From: Candidatus Multivoradales bacterium | Lineage (GTDB): Bacteria > Acidobacteriota > Thermoanaerobaculia > Multivoradales > J023 | DNA length: 64,000 nucleotides | Assembly (NCBI GenBank): GCA_965248925.1 | Contig: CBDFLE010000006.1 | Location: 1,376,001 to 1,440,000 of the forward strand | Direction: 5' to 3' | Shown: positions 9,409-19,434 of the stretch, piece by piece | How the letters are laid out: each line of letters begins with the position of its first letter | Position numbering within the stretch: position 1 is the first letter of the stretch | Notes under the pieces: generated by a model | Told to the model about the DNA's origin: nothing | What the model saw: the letters and a program-made list of their open reading frames with translations, nothing else | The model's database searches: none | Position numbers and translations under genes: made by a program

Positions 9409-10974
9409 ATGACCTGCACTCGTCCGCTCTCCCGCCCCCAGCCTCTGCACTCGGCGGCTCACAGGAGGCCAGCAAGGTCTTTCCTGCAGCTGACCATCAC
9501 CCTCTTGCTGCTCGTGTTTAGCGGTGAACACCTGTTCGCCGCGGACTCTGAGTTCACCGTCTGCGATGGATCCTACGCGCTGTGTAGCGCCGCTCCCTGC
9601 ACACCGACACCCCTGGCCGACGAACAGGGCCAGAGCATCGCACCGACCGAAGCGGTGTGTGATTGCGTGGTCGCCCAAGGTGCCAATGTTGGGCCGAGCA
9701 GCTGCGCCGACCGGGAAGCGGAAGTGGACCAAGGTCGGCTGGTGTCGACCTATTCTTTCGGCTTGATGGCCACCCAGCCGACGATGATCTGCGATGGCGG
9801 TGCCTACACCGACTGCTTCGGCTACCCTTGCATCGTCGACCTGGACGATCCGACCCGCGCCTCGTGTACGTGCGCGATAGTCGACAATGAATTCGACCAG
9901 CCCTTCGCCACCCAAGGGGGCCAATGCGACCTGGGTAGCTGCCGCGAAACCCTGTGGTCGGCAGCGACCGTCGGCGCCGACCTCGCCGCCAACAAAGTGC
10001 TGGCTTCCAGCATGGGGTTGAGCCAGCCGCCCAGCAACTGGTGTTCAGCCGTGGTGGAGACCGCGGCAGCCGAGAATCTGTGTGCCGACTACTGCTACCA
10101 AGTGATGGGCGAGCCGGGAGTCTGCACCGGCGAGTACCAGCTCTACAGCTCCCTCGGCGAGTGCCTCGACACCTGCGCGAAGTTTCCAGCCGATGGAGTG
10201 GCCGACGCGGTATCAGGCAACAGCGTGCAATGCCGTATCGAGCACGCCAAGTTAGCCCAGGGAGTCGAGGGACCCAAGAAGCACTGTCCCCATGCCTCTC
10301 CGGCCGGCGGTGGAGTCTGCATAGATCGCAGCCCCTGTCAGGCCTACTGCCTGTTCTACTACGACCGGGTGGAGGAAGGCGATTGCCCCCTACTCGAAGA
10401 TCTCTGGGGGTCGAGTATCGGGGAAATGGGTGAGAAAAATGTTTTCCATCCCAATCCTGAGTGCATGCAGACTTGTGCCACTTTCGCCGGTGCCGGCCAG
10501 GCTTGGGAGATGAGTGGCGACAGCGCCAACTGCCGCATGCAGTTCTACTTGATGGCTCACCGAACCAGCGACCCGACCCAGCTTGACAGTCTCTGCGGCA
10601 ACGCCAATCCAGTCTCCTCGACGATGTGTCAGGGCAGCACTTTCGGCGACTACTACAAAACACGCGCCACCGATCCTTGTCAGGAGCTGTGCTACAACGA
10701 CTGGCTTACTTGCGACAGCAGCTACGGCAGCGAACGGCAATGCCTGGCAACCTGTGCCGGTTTCCCCGCCCTGGGCGAGCGTCAGAGCACTCAAGGCGAC
10801 ACCGTGCAATGCCGACTGAGCTGGGCACAATATGCCTTCTTCGTCACCGGTGAACAGCGCCAGATATTCTGCGATTTCGCCCAGGCCGAGAGCCCGGTAT
10901 GTCGTCAGCCAAACGCCGAGGGCGGCCCCGCGACCCTACCCACGGCAGTGCAAGAGGCTTTGATGGGCCACTGA
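9409..10974 (+). CDS. Cysteine-rich secreted protein: N-terminal disulfide domain plus three C..YC...SG(N/D)(S/T)VQCR-type repeats
   Basis: Strong SD AGAAGGAGGT before ATG 9409; hydrophobic signal (LTITLLLLVFSGEHLFA); repeats at 10081-10320, 10336-10629 and 10678-10902. Confidence 0.8.
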   Translation: MTCTRPLSRPQPLHSAAHRRPARSFLQLTITLLLLVFSGEHLFAADSEFTVCDGSYALCSAAPCTPTPLADEQGQSIAPTEAVCDCVVAQGANVGPSSCADREAEVDQGRLVSTYSFGLMATQPTMICDGGAYTDCFGYPCIVDLDDPTRASCTCAIVDNEFDQPFATQGGQCDLGSCRETLWSAATVGADLAANKVLASSMGLSQPPSNWCSAVVETAAAENLCADYCYQVMGEPGVCTGEYQLYSSLGECLDTCAKFPADGVADAVSGNSVQCRIEHAKLAQGVEGPKKHCPHASPAGGGVCIDRSPCQAYCLFYYDRVEEGDCPLLEDLWGSSIGEMGEKNVFHPNPECMQTCATFAGAGQAWEMSGDSANCRMQFYLMAHRTSDPTQLDSLCGNANPVSSTMCQGSTFGDYYKTRATDPCQELCYNDWLTCDSSYGSERQCLATCAGFPALGERQSTQGDTVQCRLSWAQYAFFVTGEQRQIFCDFAQAESPVCRQPNAEGGPATLPTAVQEALMGH

Positions 10975-11053
10975 TTCCGACCCCGCGATCAGGACCCCGC
11001 AGTGCCCAACGACCGTCACCGGGACGACAACTGCCCTGACCGGGGCAAGCCTC

Positions 11054-13249
11054 TTATTTGCCGCGGCGAATCTCGAATCCTGGGTCACGGTCGTCAGGCC
11101 GGCGGAAGTTGCTCTCGAACTCACCCGCCACTCGCGCGGAGATCTCGAAGCTGCTTGAGCGAGCCTTGGAGTCGATCATGCCGACCTCGCGGCCACTGAT
11201 CCCACCACGGCGACAGAGCAGCGCCAGCAGCCGCTTGGCGTTGGCCCCGTTGCTATAGCCCCAATTGATCGAGAAGCTGGTGAAATCACCACTTCGCCGC
11301 CCACCCGGCGCACCGCTTCGCGGCATCCTAGGGCCACCGCGCGGACCCGAAAAACCTCCTCGCGGGCCACCGAAGCCGCCGCGCGGGCCGCCAAAACCAG
11401 AGCGTGGCCGAGGTCCACTGCCACGCGGCCCGCGACCGCGAGGCCCGCCGCCAGAACCGCGACCACGATCTTCCCAACTGGTCGAGCGCATCTCGGGAAC
11501 GCGCAATTCGAAGGGCTCTCGCGGCGGCCCCGGCTGGCGTGACAGCAGCACCGCGACGACCCGCGCGGGATCGTTATCCTCGATCAAGCGTTGGGCATAG
11601 GCCAGGTGTTCCGTAGGGGTTGGTGAATCGTCGATCAGCGCGTGGTACAGCCCGCGACGCGCTCGCTTGATGATCTTCTTGCTGATCTTGGCGGCGCTCG
11701 GTAACTCGCTCCAGCCGGCATCGACCCGTGCTTCGAAGAGTAGCCGGCGGGCGCGCCGCACCTGGTGCACCGGCACCAGCAAGACGCTACGCCCCTTGCT
11801 GCCGGCGCGGCCAGTGCGACCGCTCCGGTGAGTGTAGCTCTCACCGTCGAACGGTAGATCGCCGTGAATCACCATCGCCACGTCGGGGATGTCGAGCCCC
11901 CGCGCCGCCACATCGGTGGCCACCAACACGCTGATCATCCCAGCGCGAAAAGCCGCCAAAGTGCGAGTGCGCTGAGCTTGCTGCAAATCGCCACTGATGG
12001 CCAGCGCCGAGAAACCGTCTTTGGCCAGACGTTCGGCAACCTGGGCTGCGTCGATCCGCGTCTTGACGAACACCAGGGTCCGCTGACTGCCGGTCATCAG
12101 CAGCAGGTTGACCAACGCGGGGTAGCGGTCACGCTCATAGATCACATGCGCGATGTGGGCAATGTCCTCGTGCGCTTCGCCCAGGCGGGTGCCTTCGATG
12201 TGCATCGGATCGCGCTGGTAGCGCTCGGCCAACCGGCGGATGGCGGCGGGGAAGGTCGCCGACACTAGATGCGTGGTGCGTTCCTTGGGAGTTGTCTCAA
12301 GGATCGCCTCGAGCTCCTCGCGGAAGCCCATGTCGAGCATCTGGTCGGCCTCGTCAAGCACTAACTGAGTAATTCCCGAGCCGTCAAGGGCGCCATTCCG
12401 CAAGTGGTCGAGCAACCGGCCAGGGGTACCGACCACCACCTGTGGCGGCCGGTTCAGGCGTCGGAGGTCACGGCGAATATCGGTGCCGCCGGTGAACGAC
12501 TCGACCCGCAAACCACTGACTTTGGAGAATAGCCAAGCGAGCTCTTCGCAGACCTGCACCGCTAGCTCGCGGGTCGGCGCGATGATCATCGCCTGAGTAC
12601 CGCCGTGGTACTCCTCGTCATTGAGCAACACGGGAGCCATCAACATGCCCAACGCCACCGTCTTGCCCGAGCCGGTCTGGGAGGAAATCTGCACATCCCG
12701 GCCTTGGACTTCGCTTTCGAGTACCGCTCTCTGTACCGCCGTCGCCTGGTGATAGCCGCGGCCTTCCAGGGCTCGACGGAGGGGCTTGGCCAGAGTGGCA
12801 AACACATCCGCCGCGGCTGGCTCCGCCGCCACTTCAGCAGCAGCGGGGTCGGTACCAGGCTCTTCCACCGGCTGCTCTTGCACAGGCTCTTTGGCGACGG
12901 TGGCTTGCGCCTCGGCAGGTTCAGCCGCCGGTTCTACTTCAACTTCTGTTTCTGCTTCTGCTTCTACTTCTGTTTCTGCTTCTACTTCTGCTTCAATTGC
13001 GGCTTCCGCTTCAACCTCTGCCGGCTCTGTGCCTTCGGTCTCGGCAGGCTCGGCAGCATTCGCCGCCGCAGACTCGGCTTCGCCCGCGGTCGCGGACGGC
13101 TCTGCCGCTATTTCTTCGGTGGTCGCAGAATCGCCAATCACGGCTGCTTCCTCAACCTCGGTGTTTGTTTCGTTCGACGATTCGGTGGCCCGTTCGGGGT
13201 CGCTTTCGAGGTCCGACTCGCCCTGGGCGTCGCTATCTGGAGCTTTCAT
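11054..13249 (-). CDS. deaD: DEAD-box RNA helicase (DeaD/CsdA-like) with acidic N-terminal extension, RGG-rich linker and DbpA-type C-terminal domain
   Basis: QTGSGKT, APTRELA, GTPGR, LDEAD, SAT, ATDVAARGLD and HRSGRTGRAG motifs; SD GAAGGA upstream. Confidence 0.88.
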   Translation of the reverse strand: MKAPDSDAQGESDLESDPERATESSNETNTEVEEAAVIGDSATTEEIAAEPSATAGEAESAAANAAEPAETEGTEPAEVEAEAAIEAEVEAETEVEAEAETEVEVEPAAEPAEAQATVAKEPVQEQPVEEPGTDPAAAEVAAEPAAADVFATLAKPLRRALEGRGYHQATAVQRAVLESEVQGRDVQISSQTGSGKTVALGMLMAPVLLNDEEYHGGTQAMIIAPTRELAVQVCEELAWLFSKVSGLRVESFTGGTDIRRDLRRLNRPPQVVVGTPGRLLDHLRNGALDGSGITQLVLDEADQMLDMGFREELEAILETTPKERTTHLVSATFPAAIRRLAERYQRDPMHIEGTRLGEAHEDIAHIAHVIYERDRYPALVNLLLMTGSQRTLVFVKTRIDAAQVAERLAKDGFSALAISGDLQQAQRTRTLAAFRAGMISVLVATDVAARGLDIPDVAMVIHGDLPFDGESYTHRSGRTGRAGSKGRSVLLVPVHQVRRARRLLFEARVDAGWSELPSAAKISKKIIKRARRGLYHALIDDSPTPTEHLAYAQRLIEDNDPARVVAVLLSRQPGPPREPFELRVPEMRSTSWEDRGRGSGGGPRGRGPRGSGPRPRSGFGGPRGGFGGPRGGFSGPRGGPRMPRSGAPGGRRSGDFTSFSINWGYSNGANAKRLLALLCRRGGISGREVGMIDSKARSSSFEISARVAGEFESNFRRPDDRDPGFEIRRGK
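12932..12996. repeat. Degenerate 6-bp microsatellite (TTCTRY) encoding EAET/EVEA repeats in the helicase N-terminus
   Basis: ttctacttcaacttctgtttctgcttctgcttctacttctgtttctgcttctacttctgcttc. Confidence 0.75.
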
Positions 13250-13460
13250 GAGTTTCCTTCCATCTCTACGATCGGAGTCTGACCACCCATGCCCGCGGGC
13301 AGGCGTATTCCTGGGTGCCCCGGCGGCACACTCGACGAGCTACGGCGAGATTGGGAATTGAAGTGGCAAACCCTCGACCTGCCAAGGATACCCGAAGAAG
13401 CCGCCGCGGCACAGAGCATTGACACCCAGGAAGGAACGAGCTCGACCTGGGCTGCCGCTC

Positions 13461-15521
13461 TCAGCCGCCGAGCAGCGCTTCGACCTGGCGCCGCTGCGGA
13501 TCGTAGGCCGGCCGCGGCGCCAGTTCGACGAACCGACGCAGGGTATGGACCGCGTCGGCCACTCCGAGTTCGCGCTCGAGCAAGCCTACGTTGAGCAGCA
13601 GCTGCCAATCCCGCGGCGCCAGCTCCAGCGCCCGGCGCCAGGCCTTGAGGGCCGCTTGGGGTTGCTGGCTCTGGTAACGCGCCTGCCCCAAATTGCGCCA
13701 CGCCGCCAGCCGTCCAGGATCGAGGGCCACGGCCCGCTCGGCGTGCTCGGCGGCGAGTTCGCCGCGGCCCACTTCGAGAGCGAGGTAGGAGAGGTTTTCG
13801 AAGGTCAGCGGCTCGTCGGGCGCTTCCTCGGCCAACGCTTCGAGACTCGCCAGCGCTTCGCCCGCACGCCCCAGGTAGGCCAGCGCCAATGCACGGTGAT
13901 TGCGCGCCGCCGAATCCGCCAGGGGTTCGAGCACGCGCAACGCTTCTCCGGGCCGACCGGCAGCGAGCAACGACAGACCGAGCTGGCGCAGCAAAGGCGG
14001 TGTCGCGGCGGCCCGGCGCAATACCTCGACGGCCTCTTCCGGCTTGCCGATGGCGCTGAGAAAGGTGCCGACATGAAGCGCCACAACGGTCATCGTCGGC
14101 CTTTGGGCGAGCACTTCGCGGCCGATGGCGATCGCTTTCTCTGTATGGCCGGCCAGGCGCAGGTCAAGCATTAGCTGCACCCGCCGATCGAGTTCTAGCA
14201 AGTTCTTTGGATCGTCTTCCGGACCGAAAACCCGCGCCGACCCCGCGTCCCCTCCTACATAGCCCAAGCTGCGCAGCCGCGCCGCATTCTCCGGCGCGAT
14301 CGCGGCATCCGCCGGTGGCCAGCCGGTGTCTGGCAAGAGCGCCGCTAGCTCGGCCTTGAGCCGACGGTTATCAAGCGCCAGATTGCTCAACTCACGCGGG
14401 TCGACAGCCAGGTCGTAGAGCTCAGGCAGAGGTAGGTCGAGATACTTGAACCCACCTCGCAACTGCCCCCGCAACGGTGCCCATCCATAGTCGTAGTAAG
14501 CCGAAAGAGCCTCGAAGTAGGAGCTTGGCTGTGCCCCGGCCGGAGCCAGCAGAGAACTACCCGGCAAGCCCGCGGGCAGCTCCAAGTCGAGCCGCTCAAG
14601 AACCGTGGGAAAGACATCGATCAACCGCGCCGGCCGGCGGTCGCGAGCCGGCTCGACACCCACCCCCCACAGCACCAAGGGCACTTTCAAGGTGGCCTCG
14701 TAGGCGAACAAGCCGTGACTCGCCTCGCCATGCTCGCCACGGGCCTCGCCGTGGTCCGAGGTGAAGATCACCAGGGTGTCGCCAGCGCTCTTCTCCAGCT
14801 CGCTGAGGAAAGGTTGCAAGTAGGAGTCCACCGCCGCCACCTCGCCGAGGTAGGGATCCGCGGCATAGCGGGTCGCGAAGGGCTCGGGAGGGTCGTAGGG
14901 GGCGTGCGGTTCGAATAAGTGCAACCACAGAAAGCGGCGCTCGCCAGCCCGCGAACGCCACCAGCGCAAAGCCTCGGTAACCGCCTGATCGCCAGCCCGC
15001 TCAGCGTAGAGCAAGCCTCCCGAAACGGCGCCGAACTCGTCGTCATAGAGTTCGAAACCGCGATCTAGACCAAAGCGCCGATCGAGGGGAAAGGCAGAAA
15101 CAAAGGCTGCTGTGCGAAAACCGGCGGCTGACAGTCGGCTGGCCAACGTCGGCACCGTGGCGTCGAAGGTGGTGGCACCGTTGCGCCGGGCACCATGCTC
15201 GGTCGGATAGAGGCCGGTCAGCAGGCTGGCGTGCGACGGCAGCGTGGTGACGCTGTGCACATGGGCATGCTCAAAGACCCGGCCAGCGGCGGCCAGGCGA
15301 TCCAGGGCAGGGGTCTCTACGGACGGGTTGCCGGCAAAACCCAGGGCATCGGCACGCAAGGTGTCGATGGTGATCAGCACCACCCCTTGTACCGCTAGCG
15401 GTGGCGGCTCAGCTGAGGGCCCGGAACAGCCACCGGTGCCCAGGCTGAGGGCCAGCAGACCCAGGCTGAGAAGCCCACGGCCCGGTGGCCGAATCTTGAG
15501 CGTCAATGCACCTCGTCGCAT
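13461..15521 (-). CDS. Sulfatase-like (alkaline phosphatase superfamily) lipoprotein with C-terminal TPRs
   Basis: LITIDTLRAD, TLPSHASLLTGLYP, HLFEPHAPY, TSDHGE, LRSLGY; TPR helices follow; signal/lipobox LGTGGC. Confidence 0.88.
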   Translation of the reverse strand: MRRGALTLKIRPPGRGLLSLGLLALSLGTGGCSGPSAEPPPLAVQGVVLITIDTLRADALGFAGNPSVETPALDRLAAAGRVFEHAHVHSVTTLPSHASLLTGLYPTEHGARRNGATTFDATVPTLASRLSAAGFRTAAFVSAFPLDRRFGLDRGFELYDDEFGAVSGGLLYAERAGDQAVTEALRWWRSRAGERRFLWLHLFEPHAPYDPPEPFATRYAADPYLGEVAAVDSYLQPFLSELEKSAGDTLVIFTSDHGEARGEHGEASHGLFAYEATLKVPLVLWGVGVEPARDRRPARLIDVFPTVLERLDLELPAGLPGSSLLAPAGAQPSSYFEALSAYYDYGWAPLRGQLRGGFKYLDLPLPELYDLAVDPRELSNLALDNRRLKAELAALLPDTGWPPADAAIAPENAARLRSLGYVGGDAGSARVFGPEDDPKNLLELDRRVQLMLDLRLAGHTEKAIAIGREVLAQRPTMTVVALHVGTFLSAIGKPEEAVEVLRRAAATPPLLRQLGLSLLAAGRPGEALRVLEPLADSAARNHRALALAYLGRAGEALASLEALAEEAPDEPLTFENLSYLALEVGRGELAAEHAERAVALDPGRLAAWRNLGQARYQSQQPQAALKAWRRALELAPRDWQLLLNVGLLERELGVADAVHTLRRFVELAPRPAYDPQRRQVEALLGG

Positions 15522-15597
15522 CTGCCGACTTTATCCCGAGTTGTCGCGGGTTCGACTATCGCTCGCCCGCCGATCGAGCACGGGTTATCCTCAGGCC

Positions 15598-16677
15598 ATG
15601 AACGCAGACTTCTGGAACGGACGCCGGGTTCTGATCACCGGTCACACGGGCTTCAAAGGCAGCTGGCTGACCCTCTGGCTGGCGCGGGCGGGCGCCGAGG
15701 TGACAGGTTTCGCCCTCGCCCCCCCCTCGCAGCCCAGCCTCTTCGAACTCGCTCGCCTCGACCAGCTCTGCCACTCGCTCCACGGCGACGTTCGCGATCC
15801 GTCAGCCCTCGCTCAGGCTTTCGCCAGCAGTCGCCCGGAAATCGTGCTGCACCTCGCCGCCCAGGCCCTGGTGCGGCCGAGCTACGAAGATCCGGTAACT
15901 ACTTTCGACACCAACGTCATGGGCACGGTACAGGTGCTCGACAGGGTACGCCGCGCCACTAGCGTCCGCTCGGTAGTGGTGGTGACCAGTGACAAATGCT
16001 ACGACAATCGGGAGTGGTTGTGGCCTTACCGCGAAGACGAGCCGATGGGCGGTCACGATCCTTATTCCAGCAGCAAGGGTTGCGCCGAATTGGTGACTGC
16101 CGCCTACCGCCGCTCGTTCCTGGCCGGCGCCGACGCCCCGGCGGTGGCCAGCGCCCGCGCCGGCAATGTGATCGGTGGTGGCGATTGGGGCCGCGACCGT
16201 TTGATTCCGGACCTGATGCGAGCCACTGCCGCCGGCCGCAGCACAGAGATTCGCTCCCCCGCCGCCATTCGTCCTTGGCAACATGTGCTGGAACCCCTGG
16301 CTGGCTATCTGCGGCTCGCCGAGCGGCTCGCGGGTGACGACGGAGCAAGCTTTGCCGAAGGCTGGAACTTCGGCCCGGCGCTGCACGACTCGCGCACCGT
16401 CGGCTGGGTATTGCAACGGCTAGCCGATCATTGGGGGCCGGGGCTCACCTGGCAACACCAGGGCGGCGAGCAGCCGCACGAGGCCCACACCTTGAGGCTC
16501 GACGCCAGCAAAGCGCACACCCTACTCGGCTGGCGCCCTCGACTGGCACTCGACGACGCCCTGGCTTGGGTGGCGGAGTGGTACCGCCAACAGACAGCCG
16601 GCGACGACGCGCGCCAGCTTTGTGCAGCCCAAATCGACCGCTACCAAGAACTCGACGATGGAGCACAAGGCAGCTGA
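15598..16677 (+). CDS. rfbG: CDP-glucose 4,6-dehydratase
   Basis: FWNGRRVLITGHTGFKGSWL, HLAAQALVR, TSDKCY, DPYSSSKG, ARAGNVIGGGDW, RPWQHVLEPL. Confidence 0.93.
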   Translation: MNADFWNGRRVLITGHTGFKGSWLTLWLARAGAEVTGFALAPPSQPSLFELARLDQLCHSLHGDVRDPSALAQAFASSRPEIVLHLAAQALVRPSYEDPVTTFDTNVMGTVQVLDRVRRATSVRSVVVVTSDKCYDNREWLWPYREDEPMGGHDPYSSSKGCAELVTAAYRRSFLAGADAPAVASARAGNVIGGGDWGRDRLIPDLMRATAAGRSTEIRSPAAIRPWQHVLEPLAGYLRLAERLAGDDGASFAEGWNFGPALHDSRTVGWVLQRLADHWGPGLTWQHQGGEQPHEAHTLRLDASKAHTLLGWRPRLALDDALAWVAEWYRQQTAGDDARQLCAAQIDRYQELDDGAQGS

Positions 16678-16732
16678 GCCACCGTCTGAAACCGGGTGCT
16701 GGCGACTAGGAGTCTGCTGACGGGGTGTCTGC

Positions 16733-17209
16733 TCACTGCGTTGCTTGAGGAGTCATGTCCCGCAGTCCAACCAGCAGAAAGAGGATTTCTCCCGCGGCGG
16801 CCCGGCGACCGCTGGACTTGAGTTCGAGATCGCAGCGAAACCGAACCATCAAGCCCCGCGACCGTTCTTTGCCCGAGATCAGCCAGACCCGCAGACGCAG
16901 AGCGTCGCCCACCACCACCGGCTGGATGAAACGCAGCCGCTCTAAGCCATAGTTGACCACCATCTCGCAAGGCGGGAATTGAGCCACTTGCGAAAATAAG
17001 TGGGGGATCAACGACACGGTGAGGAACCCGTGAGCGATAGTGCCACCAAAGGGAGTCTGTTTGGCCCGTTCTTGATCGAGGTGAATCCACTGCCGATCCT
17101 CGGTCACCTCGGCAAAACCGTTGACCCTCTCTTGATCGATCGGCAACCAATCGCTGGTACCGATCTCCAGGTTGTCGGCTTGTTGAATCTGGGCACTAGT
17201 GAGCTGCAT
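16733..17209 (-). CDS. MaoC-family (hotdog) dehydratase
   Basis: SDWLPIDQERVNGFAEVTEDRQWIHLDQERAKQTPFGGTIAHGFLT, VNYGLERLRFIQPV. Confidence 0.9.
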   Translation of the reverse strand: MQLTSAQIQQADNLEIGTSDWLPIDQERVNGFAEVTEDRQWIHLDQERAKQTPFGGTIAHGFLTVSLIPHLFSQVAQFPPCEMVVNYGLERLRFIQPVVVGDALRLRVWLISGKERSRGLMVRFRCDLELKSSGRRAAAGEILFLLVGLRDMTPQATQ

Positions 17210-17423
17210 GCCTATCCTCTCGATCGGCGGCCAATCATTGACAAAGAATGCGACTTAGAACGGTGGACTCCAGTCTTGGCAACTAGCCTTCCACCGATCA
17301 CCCGAAGACCTATATACTGAAATGCACATCCGGCTCGCGTGACTTTCTCTCTGTTTCTTGCCCTCGCGCGTGTCCGATCGAGCTATCTACACTCGTATTT
17401 GCGAATTTCCTGGAGGTCTTGTG

Positions 17424-19274
17424 ATGCCTGCTTATTCTATCCGACGCCACCCCCTACTTTTCACCGCCCTCTCCCTGCTCGCTTTGGCCAGTCTGCCTTT
17501 GCAAGCTACCACCTACATGCCGGTGGCCGATGAGCATCTGGCGGTGCAAGCAGACCTGATCGCGCGGGTCGAGATTGGCGACGCCCGAGTCGACCGCTTC
17601 GATGGCCGGGTGATGACCGAATACAACGTCAATATCCTCGACCTGATCAAGGGCCAAACCAACGGCTCACACCTCACTCTGCGGGTGATTGGCGGCAGCT
17701 CTCCGGAACTCGGCATGAGTCTCAAAGTGTTTGGCGCTCCCCAATTCGGTCTGGGCCAAAAGGCGCTCCTATTCCTCGTCGCTCAAGCCGATGGCAGCTA
17801 TCGGTTACAGCACTTTTTGCAGGGAGCGTTCTACGAAGTTCGGCAAGACGGCGAAGCTCTGTTTGCCCGTGACACCAGCGAAGCTCGAGTGCTGAAGATC
17901 ACCCGCGGCGCGACCGACAGCAGCGACCAAGTGTCCACCGAAGCTGCTCCTGATGGCGACGGTTGGCGCCACGCCGATCGTTTTGTCCATTGGCTGCGCG
18001 ACCGGGTGGCCGGCATCGAGCGACAGGCCGATTACCGGCTGCCACGGCCGGCGGATCGTGACCAATTTCGGAGTGAGTTCACCCTGATCGGCGGCCAGTC
18101 GTTCTTCCGCTGGTTCCAGTTCGACGACAATGTTTCAGTGCGCTGGCGGCGCCATGTGGATGGCCAGGACGGTTTGTCCGATGGTGGGCGACTAGCCATC
18201 GTCCGGGCCCTGCGGGCGTGGACTAACGAGCCCAACACTCCGGTGCGTTATCTCAACGCCGGCACCACCGCCAGCGACCTGGGTTTCTCCGCCACGGCCC
18301 CCGTGGGCGAGAACGTGATCCTCTTCGACGACCGTAACGACGACATCAGCTCGAACTTCAGCTGCCGCACCGGCGGCACCCTGGCGGTGGGTGGAATCAC
18401 CTTCGTCGAGGGTGGCAACCGCTCCTTCAAAGGCGAGCAGTGGCGGCCGATCTTCGAGGCTGCGATTGTCATCAACGACGGCGTCTCCTGCATCTTGAGC
18501 AACAACCAGTCAGCGGCGGAAGAACTCTACACCCACGAACTCGGCCACACCCTGGGATTGGGCCACGCCTGTGGTGACGGCGCGAGCCCCGACTGTGGCA
18601 GCAGCAGCCGTTTCGACGACGCCATCCTGGGCGCCTTCATCAGTGACGACGGCCGCGGCGCCACCCTCGGTGGCGACGACGTGGAAGGCTTGCGCTACCT
18701 CTACCAAAGTAACTTCTCAGCCGCCCCCTGCTCGCTGCCTCCCGGCCATGGCAGGTTCTGCTCCTCGTGCAGCCCTTGTGGTGTCGGCCAGGGTGACTGT
18801 GACAACAACGCGCAATGCGGCGCCGGCTTGATCTGCGTCTTCGATGTCGGCGCCCGGCACGGCTTCAACCCCAACATCGACGTCTGCGAACGGCCCGGCG
18901 GCGAACCGCCACCGCCACCGCCACCAACCGGCTGCCCCTTCCCCGATGGCCACGGCCGCTTCTGCACCGACTGCGGTCCATGCATCGCTGGCGAGGGCGA
19001 TTGCGATAACGACGCCGAATGCGCTCCCGGCCTGCGTTGCAGCCAAGATGTCGGCGCCCAATTCGGTTTCAACCCCAATATCGACGTCTGCACCGGCGAC
19101 GCCACCTCCTGCACTCGGCTAGCCGGCCACGGTCGCTTCTGCACCGAATGTGGTCCTTGCACCGCGGGTCAAGGAGACTGCGACAACGATGCCGAGTGCG
19201 CCCCGGGCTTGACCTGCGTCAACAACATCGGCGCCCAATTCGGCTTCCCGCCGGCGGTCGACGTCTGCCAGTGA
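17424..19274 (+). CDS. Secreted metzincin/matrixin-like zinc metalloprotease with three 53-aa 8-Cys repeats
   Basis: SD GGAGG; signal peptide ending LPLQA; [11 protein letters not shown] at 18534-18566; repeats 18729-18887, 18933-19091, 19110-19268; poly-Pro linker. Confidence 0.85.
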   Translation: MPAYSIRRHPLLFTALSLLALASLPLQATTYMPVADEHLAVQADLIARVEIGDARVDRFDGRVMTEYNVNILDLIKGQTNGSHLTLRVIGGSSPELGMSLKVFGAPQFGLGQKALLFLVAQADGSYRLQHFLQGAFYEVRQDGEALFARDTSEARVLKITRGATDSSDQVSTEAAPDGDGWRHADRFVHWLRDRVAGIERQADYRLPRPADRDQFRSEFTLIGGQSFFRWFQFDDNVSVRWRRHVDGQDGLSDGGRLAIVRALRAWTNEPNTPVRYLNAGTTASDLGFSATAPVGENVILFDDRNDDISSNFSCRTGGTLAVGGITFVEGGNRSFKGEQWRPIFEAAIVINDGVSCILSNNQSAAEELYTHELGHTLGLGHACGDGASPDCGSSSRFDDAILGAFISDDGRGATLGGDDVEGLRYLYQSNFSAAPCSLPPGHGRFCSSCSPCGVGQGDCDNNAQCGAGLICVFDVGARHGFNPNIDVCERPGGEPPPPPPPTGCPFPDGHGRFCTDCGPCIAGEGDCDNDAECAPGLRCSQDVGAQFGFNPNIDVCTGDATSCTRLAGHGRFCTECGPCTAGQGDCDNDAECAPGLTCVNNIGAQFGFPPAVDVCQ

Positions 19275-19280
19275 CAAAGA

Positions 19281-19310
19281 TCCCCGGGTTTGGGAACCCA
19301 AGCTCGGGGA
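19281..19310 (+). terminator. 13-bp hairpin just after the protease stop
   Basis: tccccgggtttgg-gaac-ccaagctcgggga (two G-U pairs); no U-tract. Confidence 0.5.
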
Positions 19311-19434
19311 CGCTGGTCTAAGAGGACATCAGAACAGAGCGAAGGTCCGCACCGTCGTTCGCCGCCCGCCAGCCGCCGTGGCGGGTGCCCAGAAAGCCAA
19401 CCGGCGCGGGGCGTCGCGCCGAGGAGAGCTGCCG

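Noticed and set aside
9409-10974. Multiheme cytochrome
   Set aside because: Many Cys but no CxxCH motif.
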